Assembly: GCA_018985235.1 (NCBI GenBank) | Contig: JADGIG010000032.1 | Span: 1 to 36,935, forward strand | From: Sanchytrium tribonematis | Lineage: Eukaryota | Direction of reading: 5' to 3' | Length of the DNA stretch: 36,935 nt | In this document: in pieces, positions 29,830 through 36,935 of the stretch | Layout of the letters: each line of letters starts with the position of its first letter | How positions within the stretch are numbered: position 1 is the first letter of the stretch | Translations under genes and position numbers: made by a program | Notes under the pieces: model-generated | The model's input: the letters and a program-made list of their open reading frames with translations, nothing else | The model's database searches: none | Told to the model about the DNA's origin: nothing

Positions 29830-30666
29830 ATGGATCCGATTGCAAGTTTTTCCTTTTCCATTTTAGGCATCAATTCCATACTTTTTGCTATTGGAGTTAC
29901 TAATGCATTATTCACTTTTAAGAGAAAAACATCTCTGCCATGTATTATTGTTCTGGCTGGTCTAGTGTCAATGTACGTGAGCACAATGCTAAGCTTTTCT
30001 GCAGCCTATTTTGACCCAAGCAGATCGCCTTCTTATGTGCTAGCAGATACATTCTTTTATACTCAAATGGTGCAATGGACTCTATGGAGTTATTATTTCA
30101 GAATTAAGACGATACCAAAATATGGATTTTTTGACAAATATATATTTTGCATCCCATTTATTATAGCTATATTTCAAATTCCGGAGGCAATTTACTACAA
30201 CTTAGATTCTAGATTTGAAAACTATGATTATTCAATGCAAATAACAGCAACTTTAAGCGGACTTGCTATTATTACTTCAGAATTTTTCATGTATTTTGTA
30301 CTCATCAAAAAGTTATTTGCATTTATAGAACAAAGATCAGAGGTTTGGATCCTGAAATTATCGTTGACAATGACAATTTTACTTTTGCTAGATCTGACTG
30401 AAATTGTTTTATATTTTGTAGATGTTGAAATAAGCACAATATTTTACTCGCTATCCTTCAATGTGAGGCTGAATGCCGTAGTGCTTTTCTATGGAAACTT
30501 AGTAAGTTATGTTAAAAAAGGTTCTGGTTGGAGATCACACGTCAATACTCCATTGAATTCCAACAATGAAGCTTCGTCGGAAATTGAAAGTGCTGCAAGT
30601 GTCTCAACTACCAATTACTCTATGTTAAAATTTCATAGCAAATCAAATTTAAACGGTGATCAATAA
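29830..30666 (+). CDS. Orphan multi-pass membrane protein (about 7 TM, GPCR-like topology)
   Basis: About seven hydrophobic segments and a Ser/Thr-rich C-terminal tail; no family motif recognised. Confidence 0.7.
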   Translation: MDPIASFSFSILGINSILFAIGVTNALFTFKRKTSLPCIIVLAGLVSMYVSTMLSFSAAYFDPSRSPSYVLADTFFYTQMVQWTLWSYYFRIKTIPKYGFFDKYIFCIPFIIAIFQIPEAIYYNLDSRFENYDYSMQITATLSGLAIITSEFFMYFVLIKKLFAFIEQRSEVWILKLSLTMTILLLLDLTEIVLYFVDVEISTIFYSLSFNVRLNAVVLFYGNLVSYVKKGSGWRSHVNTPLNSNNEASSEIESAASVSTTNYSMLKFHSKSNLNGDQ

Positions 30667-30708
30667 ATTTCTCTCGTTTTGTGCTATTTTCTGAAACAAT
30701 TTAAATTT

Positions 30709-33640
30709 ATGCATCGGTTTTTAATTGCAATTTATGAGTTTGCAGGCGATTCTTCGCAAGATGAAATGTCCATAAAAGAAAACGATTTGATGATAGCAAT
30801 CTCTGAAGATGATCAGTGGTTATTAGTGATTTTACTTTCAAAATTAATAGATAACTTCCAAGTTTTAAAATTGGTTGGAAATTTAGATGAGAAACTCGAT
30901 AAAATGAGATCGATAGGTGGCTTGGTCCCTAAAAATTACGTTCAAGATTATGTTGGCGAGGTGGGTTACGCATTACACGATTACTCTGCACAAGATGAAG
31001 AAGAACATTCGTTGACAGAAGGTGAACAAATTCAACTGTATGATGCAAAAAAAGATGACTGGATTTTTGCTATGAAAGGCGGAAATATCGGATTAATACC
31101 TCGTTCATACGTGGAGAAAGGTGAAATTGAAGTAATCAAACAGCCAAGTTCTGAAAAATTTGAGGATGACGACAATATATTCATGACTGTCATGGATACT
31201 GCGCCCATGAATATCGCGTACCACTCAGCTAGTCACATTCCTACTAGTACATCATCTCGAAAACATGGCACACAGGGAGCTTTGGGGGTTAGCAACACCA
31301 GTGTTTTGTTTGTTAATCTAAAGGTTCTAACTGTATACAAAAATTTCAATGTAATGTCTTGTAAAGTCGTTAAAATGGAAAAGAAGATCTTGCAAATTGA
31401 AGATATGTTTTTTAAATTAGAATCTTCAAAAGACGTTGAGGAGTTTCTCGATTCCTACAACAAAGCAAAAATAGGAAAATCTGTGGAAAGAGACTTGGTG
31501 AAAGAAACGATGCAAAATGGGCCAAAATCAAAATCCGATAATGAGGGTATAAGAAAAGAGAATATTAAGGTTCTTCATGATACTGTTCAAAAAACTGCAT
31601 CAGGTACTCCCGCCATAAAGAAACCTGCACCTGTTGTTGAGCCTAAGTACGGAAAAGTTTTATATGATTTTGTTGCTGAAGAAATTGAAGAAATTTCAGT
31701 CTCAAATGGTCAATTTCTACTTTTGTTGAAAGAAGATCAAGATTGGATTGAAGCCCAATTACTTGATGAGGCGTTAGAGCCGACTGGCAAAAAGGGATGG
31801 GTACCACTAAATTATGTAAATTTTGAATCGAAAGAAAATCTAAGACGTCTATCTCGTAAAATGCCATCTGCTCCTATTCAGCAAGTACCAGCACTCCCTG
31901 AAAGAGATCAGATGATCCAAGAGCCAAAACTCGATCCGGTACAATTTCGCTTGCCAACTCCTACTAAACCTATCAAGGACAAAGAAGCAGTTGTATTCTC
32001 TGAGCCACCACAATTGCCGGCTAGAGAAAAACCTCCATTGCCAGACAGAATCGAAACTCCGAAATCCGCAGAAAAAGAGGACGTAGTCATGCAAAAGCCT
32101 GAAATGCCTCCGCGGCCATTAGACCGACCGAAAATGCCTCCAAGACCAAATACTTCGCAAAAGGCTGCCCCTCCTAAAGCAAACAGTCTTGCCCTTGAGC
32201 AGGTTGACGCAATCAAGGAGCTTCCCAATAGCGAAAATTTGAGAGTTTGGAAAGATAAATCAGGGGGGTTTTCTGTACGTGCAGAATTCCTTGGCTTATT
32301 TGATGATAAAGTACATTTGTTTAAAACAAACGGTGTTAAAATTGGTGTCCCGTTAGAAAAATTAAGCGACGAAGATCGACAATTTATCTCGAAAAAATTA
32401 AATGACAACACAATTGTTGAGACAAATAGCACAGCGTTTCAAGGATTTGATTGGCTTCCTTGGTTTATGAGCAATTGTTCATTAGACGAAAAAACAGCGC
32501 GAAAATACTCTGAAATATTTGTTAAGGAGCGAATCGATTTGTCTTTACTAAGAGAAATGACAAAAGAAGATTTGAGATCGTTGGGTTTTGCTCAAGGTGA
32601 CGTTATCAGAATATTGAAAGCGACGAATTCAGAACCAAGCAATGAAATCAAAGATCAAGTGATGGAGAAAGAGAAAGAAGTGAATGTTCAGCGAATTGAT
32701 GAGTATTTTGCTGATAAGATGAAAAAAATGGGCTCGGCTATTTCAAATACGATGACTTCTGATAAAAAATCAGATTTCAATAACCGAAATGAATACCCTT
32801 TAGGTTCCAACAATTTGAGCGATAAAGATAAATTTGGCAGCTTGAAGGAATCAAATACATCAAGGCAACAAATATATTTTAATTCTGTTAAAGAAAGTAA
32901 ACCATCACATCGAGAACCAATTAATAATGTAGATTATTCTCAAGATTCTATCATCACCAAAGTAAGAGAAGATCCCAAACCAATTATTGTTGAGAGGAAA
33001 AAAGAAATTCCAAAATCACAGACGTACAGCGAAGGCTTCGCTAATCCTCCGACTAGGCAAAACCGGGCTCATTCAGGAAGCGAAAAATCATCGATACTAC
33101 CCACAGATAGTGCTTCTCAAATCCACTCTCCGACAAATATTCAGTCAAATTATTCGAATTACGCTACTAGGCCTAGCCAATCGCTTTATTACAATCCGGC
33201 TTTGCAAAATATGCAAAGGCAGCAGCAAATGCGCCCCTCTCAACCCTTGGTGGCTCAACCCATTCAATCATTTCAACAATCGCAACCACCAAATTCATAC
33301 CAACAACCTGTTTTTCAAATGCGTCCAAATATTAACCAAATCCAACAAGGATACCAAATGCAGCAACAATTTCAGCATCAAAATCCTCAAATGTATAATC
33401 AATTGCAGCAAGTGCCTCAGCAAATGTCAAATGCTCAGTTTGTTCAACAATATCAGAATAATAGACCAGGCCCTCAAGCTTTCCCTCAACAATTTCAGCC
33501 AAGTACTTAAATCTAATTTAGCTGCGAACGATCTATTCGGAAGACTGCAGGGCAACCAACCTACTTATGGAACTCAAGACAAATATTCAGCCATGCAAAA
33601 CCAGAACGTTTTTGACAACCGGTTCCAAAAAAGAAGATGA
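30709..33640 (+). CDS. SLA1: Endocytic adaptor Sla1, 970 aa; exons 30709-33502 and 33522-33640
   Basis: Three SH3 domains, Pro-rich linker, SHD1 (RVWKDKSGGFSVRAEFLG..VHLFKTNGVKIGVPLEKLS), SAM-like SHD2 (FDWLPWF..LGFAQGDVIRI) and Gln-rich tail. Confidence 0.92.
33503..33521 (+). other. 19-nt spliceosomal intron near the SLA1 3' end
   Basis: GTACTTAAATCTAATTTAG matches the consensus. Removal extends the CDS to TGA 33640, 8 nt from the convergent NRPS stop. Confidence 0.82.
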
Positions 33641-33648
33641 GCAATGTT

Positions 33649-36600
33649 TTACAGGTTTATTAAATATGCTTTAATCAATTCTAAATCCAGTGGAAAAGTT
33701 TCCCAATTATAATGACCGGAGTGACTTTTTAAAGTAAAATTGTCTGGAAGTAGACTGTAAAAAACGCCCAATTGCGAGGCGTTGCAACTTTTCCAATCTT
33801 TCCATTCGGTTAGTTTGCTTCCTGGTAGGCATCCAACAAGATCTTGAATTTTGTAAGTTTTTGGAGGCAAGAAATTAATAACTGCTTGGTCAGAAAACAT
33901 TTTCGATTCAATTTCTTTTGCAATAATATCTACTGGGGTCCATTCAATTTCAAATTCGATATCAGGAATTAGTTTCGATTTTTTGATGCAGGAAAGCATA
34001 TTTGAGATCAAATCGGATGCGAAGTATTGTCCGTAAACAGAGTCTCCCGTTATTTGACCGATGCGGTATATAGAGCAGGGGTAATTTAGTCTCTGATAAT
34101 TCAGGCAAACCTTTTCCGCAATCAATTTTGAGAGTACATAATTATTCGGAGAGTCTGTTGGAGATTCAACGTCCATGCAACTCAATGTAGATATATATAT
34201 AAATTTAGGCTGTCTTTCTGAACAATAACAATTGTGCAGCAATTCTTTTGTAAAGTCAACGTTGAAGGCTTTCATTGAGTCGTAAGTGTCCACAAAGTTA
34301 ACTTGAGCTGCGCAGTGTAAAATCAAATGAAATTCTTCAACATTAATTTTAGAAATGTCTATAAATTCTATGTTCTCAAAGTTGGCATTTTCCAAGTATT
34401 TGTATCTCAATGTGAGATCATGTATTTTGGAAATGTTGATTTGTGGGTCACGAATCGCACATGTAGTTTTGTATTTCTGACTTAAATTGGACATGATGTA
34501 GGAACCCACAAATCCGCTCGCACCTGTAAGCAAAATCTTGGTGTCTTGGCTCTCTTGTTTTGATCTACTTTTTATAATGACATCGTCCACTATATCAGCG
34601 TCACTCAAATAGTCTCGATCTGCTTGTTGCGCTCTATTCCCCAAGAACGAAGCGATGCCCCTGACAGACTGATATTTAAAAATGATACTTATTTTCACAT
34701 CTAAAAATTGTGACAATTTCGAAGCCATCGTGGAATTTCCACCGATGCTAAAAAACGATGATGTGACACTCACTTTTTCAGGCCCAATTCCCAAAACATC
34801 TGCTACCTTGGCTCTTACGTTTGACTCAATTTCGGATTCTGGCTCGACAATAACACTTGAAAAAAAATCGTCTTCCATTGGCAAAGGAAATCCTTTGACA
34901 TTAATTTTTCCATTTACTTGGGTTGGGAATGCATCAAGTTTAACAATAGCAGAGGGTATCATGTAATATGGCAAGCATGATTGGCACTTTAAGAAAATGT
35001 TTTCAATTTGTACCTCACCCAAAACATATGCAGTAATATAAGGCTCTGATCTATTTTCCAACACTAAGCATATACAGTCTTCCACATTTCGAACTTTGGA
35101 GATGATGCTTTGAATCTCATTGAGTTCAACTCGAAAACCGCGGACTTTAACTTGAAAATCTTTTCTTCCAAGATATTGTATAAAACCGTCATGTGTGATT
35201 CTAGCTATGTCTCCGGTATTATATACCAATCTAGTTTTATTCAAAAGGCTGCATTCAAAGAATTTTTCTTTGGTTTTTGCCGCATCTAGATAGCCACTGC
35301 CAACACCACATCCGCTGACGCATAAATCTCCATAGACTCCAATTGGCAGCAAATTTTTATTATGATCTAGAATCCAAACATTATACCCAGGTAGTGGCTG
35401 ACCAATATTGTTTCGCAAATCTTCATAATGCTCATTTAGCTTTAAAGTTGTGCATGCTACTGTGGTTTCTGTTGGACCGTACATGAACCAAATTTCGAAA
35501 TTCTTGTTACATTTGAACCATTGAGGTATTCTAGACTTATCTAAATTTTCGCCACCAAGCTGAATCCGCACCAAATGTTTCGGGCAATACTCAAATTTTA
35601 ACATTTTATAGAATACAATAATAGGAATACTTACATGAGACAATCTTTGATTTTCAATTATTTCCCATATTTTTTGTGGATTAAACATATCTTCATCTTG
35701 AAATAGGTACAATGTGCATCTATTCATCAAGGCAGTCATAGATTCTTGTAATGAGACATCAAAAGTAAAAGTATGCATCATGCTTCCCTTGTCGGTTTGA
35801 GATATTTCTTGCATTTGTGAGAGTGACGTAATATAGGAAACCAGATTAAAATGAGTTATAAGAACCCCTTTGGGAATCCCAGTACTACCGCTTGTAAATA
35901 AGCAATATGCAACATCTTCTCCACTGACATTCCTCTCTGGATTGAATTTTGACCTATTTTTTAATGCAACTAAGCTTGAATTTTCAACTTTGAAAGGCAT
36001 TTTGTCAGAAAATAAAATAAAGTTAATGTTGGATTGCTCAACGATGAACTTCAATCGATCATCGGGTATTTTTGGATCTAAGGGTACAAAAATACAGCCA
36101 GCTTTCCAGATAGATAAAATGCTTACGATCATTTCTATTCTTCTATCCATAAATACACCAACATAAGATTGAGTCCTACAATTTTTGCAGATTATTTGAG
36201 CATAGTAATTGCTAATCTCCACCAAATCCTTGAAGCTTATTGTTGTTTCTCCAAAAATAATAGCAGGCTTATTCGTGGCAATGCTGGCAGAAAGATCGAT
36301 AATTTCGTGAGCGGTGTTGCCGACTTTATAAACTAACGTGTCGTAGGGCTGGCATATCAAAGAACGCGTATTTTTTAAAGATATAGACGAAATGGGTCGG
36401 CTTAGTCGTGATAGGCTCAATTCGAGAATCAACGCCTCATATGAATTAAGGAACTCTGTGGCAACTAAATCGGAATATTTGCGTTGGTTAAATTCCATAT
36501 TCAGACTCATTTCTCCAGATTTTTTATAGTCAACAACAACCGATATGTCAAATTTGCAAGAATTATTATGTAAAATTTTCGTCTTGACATCCCCTATGAC

Positions 36601-36935
36601 GTCCAATGACTCTTGGGCGACAAAACAGTAGTCAATAGATCCTAAATCCTTATTAGCAGAAATAATACTTTCATATGGTAAGTTTTTGTGTTGAAGTACA
36701 TCAAGTAATTGAAGTTTGATTCTTTGAAAGTATACAATCAGGTCAATATCATCAATGACCTGAAATAAGAACGGAATAGTATTCACAAAAAACCCTATAG
36801 TATTTTCGAATTTAGGATCGTCTCTCAATGAGACTGGAGTGCAAACGGTGCAATCGTTTTCATTTAGATATTTTAACAAATGCAACCCAAACGTGCCGAA
36901 CAGAAAAGCGAAAGGTGCTATGTTCAAAAATTTAC
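33649..36935 (-). CDS. Non-ribosomal peptide synthetase, terminal module C(partial)-A-T-R; 5' part outside window
   Basis: C-domain motifs IGFFVNT and LPYE; A-domain FTSGSTGIPKGV, FDVS, YGPTE, YNTGD, GRKDFQVKVRGFRVEL, NGK; PCP FFSIGGNS; reductase ILLTGASGFVG, HCAAQVN, YVLSK. Frame is open to the window edge. Confidence 0.93.
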   Translation of the reverse strand, partial: KFLNIAPFAFLFGTFGLHLLKYLNENDCTVCTPVSLRDDPKFENTIGFFVNTIPFLFQVIDDIDLIVYFQRIKLQLLDVLQHKNLPYESIISANKDLGSIDYCFVAQESLDVIGDVKTKILHNNSCKFDISVVVDYKKSGEMSLNMEFNQRKYSDLVATEFLNSYEALILELSLSRLSRPISSISLKNTRSLICQPYDTLVYKVGNTAHEIIDLSASIATNKPAIIFGETTISFKDLVEISNYYAQIICKNCRTQSYVGVFMDRRIEMIVSILSIWKAGCIFVPLDPKIPDDRLKFIVEQSNINFILFSDKMPFKVENSSLVALKNRSKFNPERNVSGEDVAYCLFTSGSTGIPKGVLITHFNLVSYITSLSQMQEISQTDKGSMMHTFTFDVSLQESMTALMNRCTLYLFQDEDMFNPQKIWEIIENQRLSHVSIPIIVFYKMLKFEYCPKHLVRIQLGGENLDKSRIPQWFKCNKNFEIWFMYGPTETTVACTTLKLNEHYEDLRNNIGQPLPGYNVWILDHNKNLLPIGVYGDLCVSGCGVGSGYLDAAKTKEKFFECSLLNKTRLVYNTGDIARITHDGFIQYLGRKDFQVKVRGFRVELNEIQSIISKVRNVEDCICLVLENRSEPYITAYVLGEVQIENIFLKCQSCLPYYMIPSAIVKLDAFPTQVNGKINVKGFPLPMEDDFFSSVIVEPESEIESNVRAKVADVLGIGPEKVSVTSSFFSIGGNSTMASKLSQFLDVKISIIFKYQSVRGIASFLGNRAQQADRDYLSDADIVDDVIIKSRSKQESQDTKILLTGASGFVGSYIMSNLSQKYKTTCAIRDPQINISKIHDLTLRYKYLENANFENIEFIDISKINVEEFHLILHCAAQVNFVDTYDSMKAFNVDFTKELLHNCYCSERQPKFIYISTLSCMDVESPTDSPNNYVLSKLIAEKVCLNYQRLNYPCSIYRIGQITGDSVYGQYFASDLISNMLSCIKKSKLIPDIEFEIEWTPVDIIAKEIESKMFSDQAVINFLPPKTYKIQDLVGCLPGSKLTEWKDWKSCNASQLGVFYSLLPDNFTLKSHSGHYNWETFPLDLELIKAYLINL

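Noticed and set aside
30826..30850. Intron-like GTGATTTT...TAATAG inside the first SH3 domain of Sla1
   Set aside because: It is 25 nt, would break an open frame, and does not match TNAYNTAG. Treated as a coding insertion.
32987..33502. 217-aa ORF overlapping SLA1 in another frame
   Set aside because: Only its last part (33522-33640) is used, as SLA1 exon 2. The rest is an off-frame shadow of a low-complexity Gln-rich region.
33649..36935. Calling the A-T-R protein Lys2
   Set aside because: It carries recognisable condensation-domain motifs (IGFFVNT, LPYE) and an FDVS-type A4 motif typical of peptide-forming NRPS. Phylogeny is needed to exclude Lys2 formally.

Overview
Eukaryotic, AT-rich, extremely gene-dense window, most likely from a zoosporic (early-diverging) fungus. 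The lineage evidence is a fungal Sla1, a fungal-type ADAM, a DRC9/IQCG-like flagellar protein and respiratory-chain genes (RIP1, PET191), all in the standard genetic code. It holds about 33 protein genes plus one candidate microprotein ORF, one tRNA-Thr(AGT), and a C-A-T-R NRPS running off the right edge. The main signal is gene architecture. Twelve genes that look split or truncated in the ORF track are repaired by single ultra-short GT-AG introns (ten of 19 nt, two of 20 nt). All 12 end in TNAYNTAG, consistent with a branch-point A fixed 6 nt from the 3' end. Convergent genes are 5-14 nt apart and several divergent start codons only 14-46 nt apart. An A(A/G)TAAA signal overlaps the stop codon in about half the genes, and two short motifs (CTCCTT, TGWRACA) recur just upstream of start codons. 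All calls come from reading the sequence by eye; no searches were run.
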